Shown in pieces: positions 46,476 to 56,348 of a stretch of DNA of 64,000 bases. This DNA is from Syntrophaceae bacterium (lineage in GTDB: Bacteria; Desulfobacterota; Syntrophia; Syntrophales; Smithellaceae). Where the stretch lies: positions 90 through 64,089 of the forward strand of contig JAGPFA010000014.1 of the NCBI GenBank assembly GCA_018056765.1, given 5' to 3'. The notes beneath the pieces were generated by a model, which was given only the letters and a program-made list of their open reading frames with translations, was not told the DNA's origin and searched no databases. Position 1 is the first letter of the stretch. Each line of letters opens with the position of its first letter. The position numbers and the translations under genes are program-made.

Positions 46476-47347
46476 TTGAGAGCGTCATCCGGCACCATCG
46501 TTTTTGATTTAAGAAAAACCCAGGTGACGCTCAAACCGCCCATCAGGGATGTCTTTCTCTTGACCAGCGGGCTGTCTTCAAACGCCGCCCCGTGCAGAAA
46601 ATCGGCACTGATAAAAGCGTTGAACAGGAAACTGCGGTAGCTCTTCCCCAGCCCCAGCGTCAGCACCGCTCCGCTGTAGCCTCCGCCTGGCGAATAAACG
46701 GGGCGGCCGATTCTTGCATAGTAAGGCTCCACCTCGTAAAAATAGCTGTGGTAGCCGCTGTCGGCAAACATTGGCCCGGTGGAAATCCCCGCGTACAGGC
46801 CGGTTCCCGGAATAACATCCTTCTTTTCAAAGTTCAGCCGCGGGCTGAACACAACCCCCTCATAGCGTACGGAGGTGAAGTCCGTGGAAAAAACGGCGCG
46901 GACCGGCAGAGCCACACTCAGGCGGCTCTTCAGGTCTTTCCCCTCGAATATTTTTATATGCAGCGCAGGCCCCAGCTCGAAGGTCGGGTCCAGATCCTCC
47001 ATACCGGAGCGCGCGTCATTATGGCTTGAGCGCACCGGTACCGCACCGTAAACGCTCGTGTCGAGCGTTATCCGGTCGCTTTTGAATATTCTGCCGGAAA
47101 GTACATTGTCCTGCACACGGAAGATCCCTCCGCGATACACGGCGTAGGGATAAGGCAGGACATAAACTCTTGTTTTATTGGCACCACGGTAATCCGGCAT
47201 GACCAGGAAACCGCCGCCGATACCCAGCTCCCACAGAGGCTTCTCTTCCCCCCACAGAGGGGCGGGAACGGCCAGGAGCATCGCCATCACGATGAAAACC
47301 GCAATACGTTGCACTCTCATCTTCACCCGTCTCCTTCCAGGTGACAC
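46472..47347 (-). CDS. MipA/OmpV family outer-membrane protein
   Basis: 291 aa with a signal peptide. LWELGIGGGFLVMPDYRGANKTRVYVLPYPYAVYRG matches the MipA N-terminal pattern, followed by a beta-strand-rich remainder. Confidence 0.6.
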   Translation of the reverse strand: MSPGRRRVKMRVQRIAVFIVMAMLLAVPAPLWGEEKPLWELGIGGGFLVMPDYRGANKTRVYVLPYPYAVYRGGIFRVQDNVLSGRIFKSDRITLDTSVYGAVPVRSSHNDARSGMEDLDPTFELGPALHIKIFEGKDLKSRLSVALPVRAVFSTDFTSVRYEGVVFSPRLNFEKKDVIPGTGLYAGISTGPMFADSGYHSYFYEVEPYYARIGRPVYSPGGGYSGAVLTLGLGKSYRSFLFNAFISADFLHGAAFEDSPLVKRKTSLMGGLSVTWVFLKSKTMVPDDALK

Positions 47348-47359
47348 GGGGATCTTCGG

Positions 47360-47860
47360 TTACCGGTCGAAAGTCACAAACTGGTCTTTTTTCGCCCCGC
47401 AAACCGGGCATTCTTCGGGAAGCACTCCGTCGGCCACATAGCCGCAGACCACGCAGACGTGATAGACCGTTTCCCTCTCTTCCATGAAATGGTTCATCGC
47501 CTCTTTGTAGAGCTTGGCGTGAGTCTCTTCGACGTCGCGGCTCTGGCTGAAATGCAAAAGAGCCGCCTTGTCGCCCGCTGCTTCGGCCATCTTGATGAAA
47601 CTGTCATAGGCGACTTCCGCCACTGTTTTTTCCGACTCGAAGCTGGCGGCCAGATTTTCTTCCGTTGATTTAATTTCCCTCAATACGCGCAGGGCGCGTT
47701 TGCCGTGAATCTCCTCGGAAAAGGCGATGACGCGAAACAGGCGCGCCATCTGCATATAACCTTCCGCTTCCGCTTTGTCGGCAAAGGTTTTAAGGCGCAA
47801 AACAGCCTTAGCCTCCCCCACATACGCCTGTTGCAGGGCATCACGGATCCTGTCGTCCAT
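47360..47860 (-). CDS. rbr: rubrerythrin
   Basis: 166 aa. Ferritin-like ExxH motifs (FSEEIHG, VEETHAK) and a C-terminal CVVCG...CPVCGA. Confidence 0.85.
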   Translation of the reverse strand: MDDRIRDALQQAYVGEAKAVLRLKTFADKAEAEGYMQMARLFRVIAFSEEIHGKRALRVLREIKSTEENLAASFESEKTVAEVAYDSFIKMAEAAGDKAALLHFSQSRDVEETHAKLYKEAMNHFMEERETVYHVCVVCGYVADGVLPEECPVCGAKKDQFVTFDR

Positions 47861-47884
47861 TTACAAACTCCTTTAGTTTTTTTA

Positions 47885-48043
47885 TCAGGCAGGTGAAAAC
47901 TGGCTTTTATCCGCGCCGCACACCGGGCAGGTCCAGTCCTCCGGCAGGTCACGGAACTCGGTTCCCTTGGGGACATCGTTTTCCGGGTCTCCGTTGGCCG
48001 GGTCATAGATGTAACCGCAGATATCGCACACATACTTTTTCAT
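47885..48043 (-). CDS. rub: rubredoxin
   Basis: Not in the ORF track because it is under 60 aa. Hand translation: [52 protein letters not shown] (52 aa). GGAGGAG RBS upstream. Confidence 0.9.
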   Translation of the reverse strand: MKKYVCDICGYIYDPANGDPENDVPKGTEFRDLPEDWTCPVCGADKSQFSPA

Positions 48044-48073
48044 AACAGCTCCTCCTCATTGGTTTGATGAATA

Positions 48074-49288
48074 TTACTGTGACAATCTTTTTTTCAACTC
48101 CGTCGAAACGGTTTTGCCCATTTCGCGGCATTTACCCAAAACATCATCATCCGGAACATGCCGGGCGGATATTGTATCAGCTACGATTTCCACTTTCATG
48201 GCCGCGAGCGTCGCCTCCAGGTCCTTCAGCGATTCCCCGCTCCATCCGAAAGAACCGAACACGCCGCCTATCAGATTGGCGGGCTTGAGACCTTTCATAT
48301 ATGTCATGACATCGGCCATCTGGGGCATCATGTGATTGTTCAGCGTCGGCGAACCGACAAGCAGCGCGCCCGCTTCCAGAATCTCGTAGAGCACCTCACT
48401 GCGGTGCGCATCGTCGACGTTGAGCAGTTTGACACGGATACCTTCCTCTGCCAGCGACTCGGCAATCGCCTCGGCCATCATCTGGGTGGAGTGCCACATT
48501 GTCGCGTAAACGACCACGGCTTTTTTCACACGCACCTGACGGGCCCATTTATTGTATAAATTCAGGATGAAATTCAAATCCTTGCGCCATACAGGGCCAT
48601 GATCCGGCGCGATGATTTTAATCGTCCAGCCGCTTGCCGCAACTTTTTCCAGAGTTTTCAGCACCTGAGGGCTGAAGGGCAAAACAATATTGGCATAGTA
48701 GGTTGCCGCCTCATATTCGAGCATATCCGCGGCCAGTTCGTCATCGAATCGTTCAAATGTTGCCAGATGCATGCCGAAGGCATCCTGCGAGAAGAGCACA
48801 CCGTCTTTTTCCAGATAGGAAAACATCGAATCCGGCCAGTGGATCATGCGGGTTTCCATAAATTTGAGATCCATATTGCCCAGAGACAGGCTCTGGCCGT
48901 CTTTCACCGCCTCGATGGAGTTGTTTTTATGGAAAATTTCACCCAGCGCCTTCACCCCCATCGCCGAGGCAAAAATCTTTTCCGGTTTCACCAGTTCCGC
49001 TACCTGCCACAGGCAGCCGGTATGATCCTGTTCGGAGTGATTGGAGATAATGTAGTCGATTTTTGACGGATCCACCACGGAAGCGATGCGCGAAAGCATC
49101 TCATCCATAAAAGGGGCCTTGACCGTGTCGATGAGCGTGATTTTGTCCGCCATCACCAGATAAGCGTTGTAGGTGCTGCCATGGGGCGTCGTATAGCCGT
49201 GAAAATCACGGATCGCCCAATCAATGGCCCCTACCCAGTACACATGATCGCTGATTTTAACCGCCTGATAAATATCCGCCATTTGCAT
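48074..49288 (-). CDS. FprA-family A-type flavoprotein (flavodiiron; rubredoxin:oxygen oxidoreductase-like)
   Basis: 404 aa. Metallo-beta-lactamase-like domain with NHSEQDH and a C-terminal flavodoxin-like domain (VVVYATMWHST). Directly upstream of rubredoxin. Confidence 0.85.
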   Translation of the reverse strand: MQMADIYQAVKISDHVYWVGAIDWAIRDFHGYTTPHGSTYNAYLVMADKITLIDTVKAPFMDEMLSRIASVVDPSKIDYIISNHSEQDHTGCLWQVAELVKPEKIFASAMGVKALGEIFHKNNSIEAVKDGQSLSLGNMDLKFMETRMIHWPDSMFSYLEKDGVLFSQDAFGMHLATFERFDDELAADMLEYEAATYYANIVLPFSPQVLKTLEKVAASGWTIKIIAPDHGPVWRKDLNFILNLYNKWARQVRVKKAVVVYATMWHSTQMMAEAIAESLAEEGIRVKLLNVDDAHRSEVLYEILEAGALLVGSPTLNNHMMPQMADVMTYMKGLKPANLIGGVFGSFGWSGESLKDLEATLAAMKVEIVADTISARHVPDDDVLGKCREMGKTVSTELKKRLSQ

Positions 49289-49349
49289 ATCTCCTGTCTG
49301 TATATTGGCATGGGCTGTAATATAAGCTTTGTTCCGTCAACGTCAACCG

Positions 49350-50000
49350 CTATTTTACAGCCCGCTTTCCCAAAGCGGCCCCGGCTCGCCCGATCATGGC
49401 CGCTCCCTCATCGAAAGCCTTCATATTGATAAGCCGCTTATCCGGGGACAGTGTTTTTTTGATTTCCTTTTCAAACATCCTGCGGTCAAAAGGCACCAGG
49501 CCCGTGGCCCCAAGAGCGCCGATCATCACAATATTGCTCAAAACCGGGTTACCCAACCTCATCCCGATATCTGTCGCGTCGATCATCCATGAGGAGGCGG
49601 CCAGCATTCGGAATTTTTCTTTGATTATTTCCGGCGCTGGATAGTCAAGCTCGCCGGTAATCACACCGATGGGGTACACAGGCCGTGTGTTGGACAAAAC
49701 GCTGACGGACGGATTTCCGTAAACAGCCAGCACACGCAGTGCCTCCAGTGGCTCGAGCGCCACAATCACATCCGCCCCCCAGGCTGGTATCTGCGGGCTT
49801 TTCACCTCAGCCGAAGAAATACGCAGGTGACTCATCACGGAACCGCCCCGCTGGGACATGCCGAACGTCTCGCCAATGGTCACCACATAGCCGGCATCCA
49901 CCAGCATGCCCGCCAGCACGCGCGAGGCCATGACGTTTCCCTGACCGCCCACACCGGTCAGAATCAGGTTTATTGTTTTTTCAGGCCCTCTCTTTTTCAT
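49350..50000 (-). CDS. iorB: indolepyruvate:ferredoxin oxidoreductase beta subunit (2-oxoacid OR gamma-family)
   Basis: 216 aa with LTGVGGQGNVMASRVLA. Sits 1 nt downstream of the IorA-like gene. Confidence 0.75.
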   Translation of the reverse strand: MKKRGPEKTINLILTGVGGQGNVMASRVLAGMLVDAGYVVTIGETFGMSQRGGSVMSHLRISSAEVKSPQIPAWGADVIVALEPLEALRVLAVYGNPSVSVLSNTRPVYPIGVITGELDYPAPEIIKEKFRMLAASSWMIDATDIGMRLGNPVLSNIVMIGALGATGLVPFDRRMFEKEIKKTLSPDKRLINMKAFDEGAAMIGRAGAALGKRAVK

Positions 50001-50001
50001 A

Positions 50002-51942
50002 TCATATTACCGCCTGTGCCTTTTCGATCGCCTTTTGCGGGCAGATCGACACGCACACGCCGCACCCGGCGCAGATGACTTCATCGACCACCGCCTTTTT
50101 TTTGTCTTTGTCCCAGGTGAGCGCCGGACAGCGAAACACCCGCGTGCACAAGCGGTTACAGCCGCAGGCATCCCCCAGACAAAGCTCTTCATTCACCCGC
50201 ACATCAAATGTCTTTTTGCCCTTCTTCTCGGGGCTTAGCGCACAGGCCTGCCGCAGGATGAGAACCTTCACCTCGCCCTTCTGAGCCAGATAACCGGTGA
50301 GTATTTTGGTTGTCGTATCGATATCGAACGGGTCGGCAATCGCCACCTTCGCCCCGATACCGCGGCACACGGCGGCGATGTCCACCGCCGGCACAGTTTC
50401 CCCGAGCGCGCTCATCGTCAGGCCGGGATGGGGCTGAAAGCCCGTCATCGCCGTTCCGGCGTTATCCAGGACGATAAAAGTGATGTCCGCCCGGTTGTGC
50501 TGCGCGTTGATGAGCGCCGGAATTACCGCATGGTAAAAAGTGGAATCGCCGCATACGGCCAATATGGGTTTGTCCAGACCAAAGGCGGATAGTTTGGCAA
50601 AACCGCCGGCCAGACCGGTTCCGGAGCCCATCGAATGCAGCGTGGGCATGGTGTGATAGCCTGTTGCGGGCGAGAGAGCCGCCATCGAATAGCAGCCGAT
50701 ATCGCCGCAGACAAACCCTTCGCGTCCGTCAAGCGCAATGGCGCGGCGAATATTCCAAAAAGAGGCGCGGTGCGGGCACCCGGCACAAAATGTCTGCTCA
50801 CGCGCGGGAATAAGGGAAACCGCCTTTTTTATTTCCGAAAGGTAAGAGGCGGACGGCTTTTTTCGCCTCACTTTCATGATTCCGCCGATGGCGTCCGCGA
50901 CAATGTCCGGGTTCAGCTCGCCCGCTGCGGGAAGCGTCCCGTCATATTTTCCGAAAAAGGTTTTGACGCCTGTCTTTTCCGCCATTGCCGCCGCCAGCAC
51001 TTTAACGTTCTCCTCCAGAAAGGGCAGGACCTCCTCGACAACAAGAACCTTTGCGGCGCGTCCGAGATGTTTTCGCAAAAGCCTGCCCGGCAGGGGCCAG
51101 GTCGTGGCCAGTTTCAGAATACCTACGCGCCCCCGAAGCCCCAGCATCGACAGCGCCTCCCGGACATACAAAAAACAAACGCTGGACGTGATGACCAGTA
51201 ACTCGGGCCTGGCCGGCCCTGTGTAGCTGTTGAAGGGGCTTTTTTCAAAAAGAGCCTCGACGGTTTTAAGCTTTTGTTGATGAAGCAGATGCTTGGCGAC
51301 AACCGGAGTGCTGATCATCGGCCCGGTTTTAGAATCCATCACCGGCCCGTCGTATGAGAATTTCGCCCGCCGGGATCTGGCGGGAAGCTTTGCACACACC
51401 ACATTGCCGCTGGCGTGCGACATGCGCGTCACGGAGCGGAGCATCACCACATTCCCGATGATTTCAGATAGCTCAAAGGCCCACTTCGTCAGATCTTTCG
51501 CCTCCTGAAAATCCGCCGGCTCCAGAAGCGGAATCTCGAGCATGCGCGCAAAATAGCGCGACTCCCCCTCGTTGACACTCGACAAAGCGCCCGGGTCTTC
51601 GCACGAAACAAGCACCAGTCCGCCACGCGTCCCGGATGCGGTCAGATGCAGGAGAAAATCAGACGCCACATTAACGCCGTTTTGTTTCATCACCGCCATC
51701 GCCCGCAGACCGGAAAAAGACGCGGCTGCGGCAACCTCAAGCGCTACTTTTTCATTGACCGACCACTCCACATACAGATTCCGCCGGTCCGCCACCGCCG
51801 CCAGCGACTCGATCACCTCCGACGACGGAGTTCCCGGATAACCGCTGGCCACGGCAAGGCCTGCCTCCAGCGCACCGCGCGCGATCGCCTCGTTGCCCAG
51901 AAACAGAACTGTCGATTTGTCCGGCGAAAGAAGCTTACTCAT
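50002..51942 (-). CDS. iorA: indolepyruvate:ferredoxin oxidoreductase alpha subunit
   Basis: 646 aa. LGNEAIARGALEAG, the TPP-binding region GDSTFYH...LDN, and C-terminal 2x[4Fe-4S] Cys clusters (CAGCGVCVSICP). Confidence 0.8.
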   Translation of the reverse strand: MSKLLSPDKSTVLFLGNEAIARGALEAGLAVASGYPGTPSSEVIESLAAVADRRNLYVEWSVNEKVALEVAAAASFSGLRAMAVMKQNGVNVASDFLLHLTASGTRGGLVLVSCEDPGALSSVNEGESRYFARMLEIPLLEPADFQEAKDLTKWAFELSEIIGNVVMLRSVTRMSHASGNVVCAKLPARSRRAKFSYDGPVMDSKTGPMISTPVVAKHLLHQQKLKTVEALFEKSPFNSYTGPARPELLVITSSVCFLYVREALSMLGLRGRVGILKLATTWPLPGRLLRKHLGRAAKVLVVEEVLPFLEENVKVLAAAMAEKTGVKTFFGKYDGTLPAAGELNPDIVADAIGGIMKVRRKKPSASYLSEIKKAVSLIPAREQTFCAGCPHRASFWNIRRAIALDGREGFVCGDIGCYSMAALSPATGYHTMPTLHSMGSGTGLAGGFAKLSAFGLDKPILAVCGDSTFYHAVIPALINAQHNRADITFIVLDNAGTAMTGFQPHPGLTMSALGETVPAVDIAAVCRGIGAKVAIADPFDIDTTTKILTGYLAQKGEVKVLILRQACALSPEKKGKKTFDVRVNEELCLGDACGCNRLCTRVFRCPALTWDKDKKKAVVDEVICAGCGVCVSICPQKAIEKAQAVI

Positions 51943-53111
51943 GAATCCCCATCCTGCCTTTTTTGTCGGGAAACAGATTTCACCCTGCCTGCTTTTTTAT
52001 CCCGTGGCTGCGTGTAGTTTTTCAAATACAAAAGATTTTTCCCAGATCCGCTTTTGGCTACGATATTTTCCAGCCCTCGACGCTTTTTTTCCACGGCCGC
52101 CTTTTTCAGCTCATCCAGTGCCCCGTCCGGCGCGTCACAAATTTCCAGCACGCCCTTTTCGCACGCCAGACCGATCAATTCCTCCCCCCGGCGGGACCGG
52201 ACAAGCACCTGATTCCAGCCGCTCATCTGGCGTTCGCCCATCCCATAGCGGGCCGCGCCCACCGAGACATCGGCAAACTCGCCTGTGCTGTCCAGACAAT
52301 AACGGCAGGCGCTGCGGATACAGGACTCCACCTCGCCCAGCGGCACCTCCAGTGTCTTTTCCGCTGTGCAAAGCTCCAGCACATTTCGCCCCGGCGGTAT
52401 ATCCATCCGTTTGAGCTCCTCAAGCGGCAGACAATACTCGCCAATGAGAGAGTGAAATTTTTCCGCCGCCAGCGTCCAGCCGCAAAACAGGCCGATAACC
52501 AGACCGATTGATTGCACCCCCGTGTAGCCCTCGATGGCGGCCGTCCTTACTTTGGCCAGAGCCTGCGCCTGGCAGGGCGTGGCGACGATGCCGATTTTTT
52601 TCCGCCCTTCTTCCTTTATCCTATTGAATGCCGCCAGCGTCGGCGACACGGTGAACCTGCTTTTGGCGTACACGGCCAGATCACTTTTGTTCGTGACCAG
52701 TCTGCCTTCCGGTTCTCCCTCATCGTTTTGGCCGGAAACAAGCGCCGCCTCGACAAGACCTTCACTCATCGCCAGCTCCAGAAGAGCGGTGACCGTCCCG
52801 CCATGCTGCGCACGGGAGCGCACACCGGCATCCGCGGCACGCGCCAGAAAAAAGCCCTTTACCGGGCCGATTTCATCGGTGAGGTCATCGTGGTCGAAAA
52901 GCAGTTTTTTGAGTGACTGGTAATCGGTGGGCGTCCGGGGACAAAAAGCGTAGCACTTCCCGTCGGCGAGGTCGCAACGAAAGAGCTGCACCGTCCGGTC
53001 ATGATAAAAAACCTGATACGGGCAAAGCTCCGCACATGCTCCGCAGCCCGTGCAAAGCCCCTGCGTAAGAACATATTTTTTTAGTCTGGCCTGCGCCCCG
53101 AGCTTAATCAT
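51939..53111 (-). CDS. FrhB/FdhB-family (coenzyme F420 hydrogenase/dehydrogenase beta-like) iron-sulfur flavoprotein
   Basis: 390 aa. N-terminal ferredoxin-type CTGCGACAELCP and a C-terminal FrhB_FdhB-like region. 4-nt overlap with iorA. Confidence 0.6.
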   Translation of the reverse strand: MIKLGAQARLKKYVLTQGLCTGCGACAELCPYQVFYHDRTVQLFRCDLADGKCYAFCPRTPTDYQSLKKLLFDHDDLTDEIGPVKGFFLARAADAGVRSRAQHGGTVTALLELAMSEGLVEAALVSGQNDEGEPEGRLVTNKSDLAVYAKSRFTVSPTLAAFNRIKEEGRKKIGIVATPCQAQALAKVRTAAIEGYTGVQSIGLVIGLFCGWTLAAEKFHSLIGEYCLPLEELKRMDIPPGRNVLELCTAEKTLEVPLGEVESCIRSACRYCLDSTGEFADVSVGAARYGMGERQMSGWNQVLVRSRRGEELIGLACEKGVLEICDAPDGALDELKKAAVEKKRRGLENIVAKSGSGKNLLYLKNYTQPRDKKAGRVKSVSRQKRQDGDS

Positions 53112-53289
53112 CCATCAACCTCAAAAGAGATGAAATTGCTTATAGCGTAACACTAAAGTTGAGGCAAGCGAATGATGCAAACAGGGAAAAACATGATAAA
53201 ATCAGGTAAATGGCCGACTTTATCCGGCTTTTGGCGCCCGGCCCCGACCAGGAGAGGCCCCCAAAAGCAGCGGCAGGCGCGCATCTCCG

Positions 53290-54450
53290 TCAGCGGTCAA
53301 TGAATTGATTAATCCTGTCAAACATGCGCGGCATGAAATCTCCCTTCCAGAAATGGTGGACGCCACGACAAACATTCATAAAAGTGGTGTTTGGCGATAT
53401 CCGCCGCCAGGCGCGTCCACTGAACTCCAGGGAAATGTATAAAACCGGCACATCCAGCGGCTTTGGTTTATAGTAAAAATGGTTGGAGAAGTAATATTTA
53501 AATCTATCGCCGACTCCCCCATCGTCATCGGGTAAATCCGCCGCATATTTGTTTGGCCCCGAGCGGTGGATTTGACGGATCAATTTGATCCTGTCCCTCC
53601 AACTGCGGTGCAAAAGATAACGCACAGGATGAGGGACATCCGTTATCCGGCACGACGATAACTTCAGTTCCTTCCACATCTTCACCAGATGATTCAGGCG
53701 CCAGACGTCCTTTGTTTTGATGTTTAGATCATATATTTTTTTGTACGTCTTCACCAGGAGCTCATGACGCTCATCCGGCGGCACCCCCTTCAGACGCATA
53801 AAAAAATCTTTTGTTTTAAAAATGGCCTGTGAAGATCTTCTGACCGAGATGATCACCGGATCGATCAAAACGATGGATTTTATTTCTTTTCCCAAACCGG
53901 CAAGAAGCCTGCCTGCTTCAAACCCGACCAGCGCCCCGGCGCAATACCCGACTATGGTATAAGGCCCTTCAGGCTGCGTTTCTATGATGCTGTCCACCCT
54001 TTCTGCGGCCATCTCTTCCAGAGACATTACTCGCTCTCCCTTTTGCGGAATATGAGGCAGGATGGGGTTGATCCGGCGCTTCTGGCCCATAAATTCCAGA
54101 AAATGCCTGATATGAGCGCCACCAAAATTGAAATCACCATAAAACAAATGGACAAGCTCCCTGCCTTCAGAGCCGGCCGGCACAAACCGTGTACCGGACA
54201 GACTGAGCCTTTTTACCACTTCCCTGATCGTCCCGGCGTTAAAGATGAAGAACGGCGGCACTACCTTCCCGGTAAGATTTTCTATTTCAAACAACAACCG
54301 GGCGGCAAGCAGCCAGTCTCTCCTGACAGGACAAAGAACATCGTCAATCGTCAACTGATCATTACCCAGCACACTACGGCTTATTTTCAGCAGGGCGTCG
54401 GTCAGTTGCAAATCGTCCGGAGATTCTTTTTTTTCGCTGTCCATAAACAA
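53290..54450 (-). CDS. thioesterase/alpha-beta-hydrolase-like protein with degenerate N-terminal carrier-protein-like domain
   Basis: 386 aa. The N-terminal ~80 aa look like a PP-binding fold but have RRDWLLAA where a DS(L) site is expected. The nucleophile elbow reads GYCAG (Cys) rather than GxSxG. Confidence 0.4.
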   Translation of the reverse strand: MFMDSEKKESPDDLQLTDALLKISRSVLGNDQLTIDDVLCPVRRDWLLAARLLFEIENLTGKVVPPFFIFNAGTIREVVKRLSLSGTRFVPAGSEGRELVHLFYGDFNFGGAHIRHFLEFMGQKRRINPILPHIPQKGERVMSLEEMAAERVDSIIETQPEGPYTIVGYCAGALVGFEAGRLLAGLGKEIKSIVLIDPVIISVRRSSQAIFKTKDFFMRLKGVPPDERHELLVKTYKKIYDLNIKTKDVWRLNHLVKMWKELKLSSCRITDVPHPVRYLLHRSWRDRIKLIRQIHRSGPNKYAADLPDDDGGVGDRFKYYFSNHFYYKPKPLDVPVLYISLEFSGRAWRRISPNTTFMNVCRGVHHFWKGDFMPRMFDRINQFIDR

Positions 54451-54634
54451 AACTCTGCAAATATTTTACGGCTCGTTCCGGCGGCGGTGACTCTCCTTAT
54501 TGAGCCGGGCACCGCAGGAGCTTTCCCCTATAATACAACCCGACTGGTAGCTCTTATAACTCCGGATACAAAATGTCCAGTTTCAGTTTTACAAATGCCG
54601 CACAATTACCAATTAATTAAGGATTCTTTTCGAA

Positions 54635-54793
54635 ACGTTTGCATAACCACATAAAAATAACAATATTGTCATTCCCGCCGGTTGCTGAGCTTGTCGAAGC
54701 AGGCGGGAATCCAGTTATTTCAAATCTTTCTGGATGCCGGCCCCCCGATTTCACGCGGGTATGACGAATAAGAGTAGTTTTTCAAAGCTCTTT
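54635..54793. repeat. 159-bp REP/MITE-like intergenic element, copy B
   Basis: Collinear with 15745-15903, with only scattered substitutions. Confidence 0.85.
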
Positions 54794-54967
54794 TTTCAAT
54801 ATCCATCGAAATCGAGAAAAAACATGACAATTTTTCCTGCTTGACCAAATATTTCATAAGCGGTAATTTTTCATGTAAGTGGTTGACAACGACGCCCGGT
54901 TGTAATATGTAACCGCTTCGTTATTTCCGGTGCGCCGGAAAGAATCTGAATTGTTTGAAAAAAATAT

Positions 54968-55043
54968 TCCCCAGTAGCTCAGTCGGTAGAGCGGCTGGCT
55001 GTTAACCAGCATGTCCGTGGTTCGAGTCCGCGCTGGGGAGCCA
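54968..55043 (+). tRNA. tRNA-Asn (anticodon GUU)
   Basis: TCCCCAGTAGCTCAGTCGGTAGAGC..GCTGG-CTGTTAA-CCAGC..CGTGG-TTCGAGT-CCGCG-CTGGGGA-G-CCA. Cloverleaf folded by hand. Confidence 0.9.
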
Positions 55044-55044
55044 A

Positions 55045-55686
<642 letters not shown>

Positions 55687-55699
55687 AGACAAAATGAAA

Positions 55700-55727
55700 G
55701 AGTCCGTTTACAAACGGGCTCTTTTTT
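55700..55727 (+). terminator. rho-independent terminator hairpin (probable original tRNA-Asn terminator; IIC intron target stem-loop on the opposite strand)
   Basis: GAGTCCGTTT-AC-AAACGGGCTC followed by TTTTTT. It lies 13 nt from the intron 5' end. Confidence 0.7.
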
Positions 55728-55738
55728 CAGGTGATGAC

Positions 55739-56050
55739 ATGCCGTTTTGGGTTTACATTTTGCAAAGTGATGCGAGCGGCAGATATTATACGGGGCATAC
55801 AGACAATTTGGAGCGACGGCTTGGCGAGCACAATGATCCGGGCTATCTTGGTTCTAAGACCACGAAAAGATTCAAGGGACCCTGGAAAGTGATATGGACA
55901 CAGCAGGTAGCGAGCCGTTCTGAAGCAATGCTTTTAGAGAAGCAAATCAAAAACAGAGGAGCCTTTCGCTACGTACATGAGCTCAGCACGGCAACTTCTC
56001 CATCCGGATATTCAGCGCAAACCATTAAAATAACCGGACAAACACCTTGA
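55739..56050 (+). CDS. GIY-YIG nuclease superfamily protein (small URI-domain, COG2827-like)
   Basis: 103 aa counted from the ATG at 55739. FWVYILQSDASGRYYTGHTDNLERRLGEHN...PWKVIW...EAMLLEKQIKNRG is the GIY-YIG pattern. The longer ORF-track start would run through the terminator hairpin. Confidence 0.75.
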   Translation: MPFWVYILQSDASGRYYTGHTDNLERRLGEHNDPGYLGSKTTKRFKGPWKVIWTQQVASRSEAMLLEKQIKNRGAFRYVHELSTATSPSGYSAQTIKITGQTP

Positions 56051-56348
56051 CAAGGCTTGGCAGTTTGATACTTTAGCCACTGTTTGACATAATTTGTGTA
56101 AATGCATACGCCGGACAGCCGGGAAAAAAGAAAGCACTATACCGCAACCGCGGATTGTTCTGTGTTGATACCCTTGCGGTCTGGGACTGCATCGGGTAGG
56201 ATAAGCACGGTAAACAAATTACTCCAAAGTAGATGGCGGTGTGCCCGATCAGCCGCTTCTTGAAATCCGGCAAGGAAAAGGTAGACGAATGGGCGAAAAC
56301 AAGGGGAGTTTAGTAATCCTATTCCCAGAATTCGGATAATGGAAAGAA

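Noticed and set aside
54880-54910. Sigma70 promoter for tRNA-Asn (TTGACA ... TAATAT)
   Set aside because: The spacer between the hexamers is only 14 nt. The alternative -10 (TATGTA at 17 nt) is weak. Not confident enough to annotate.
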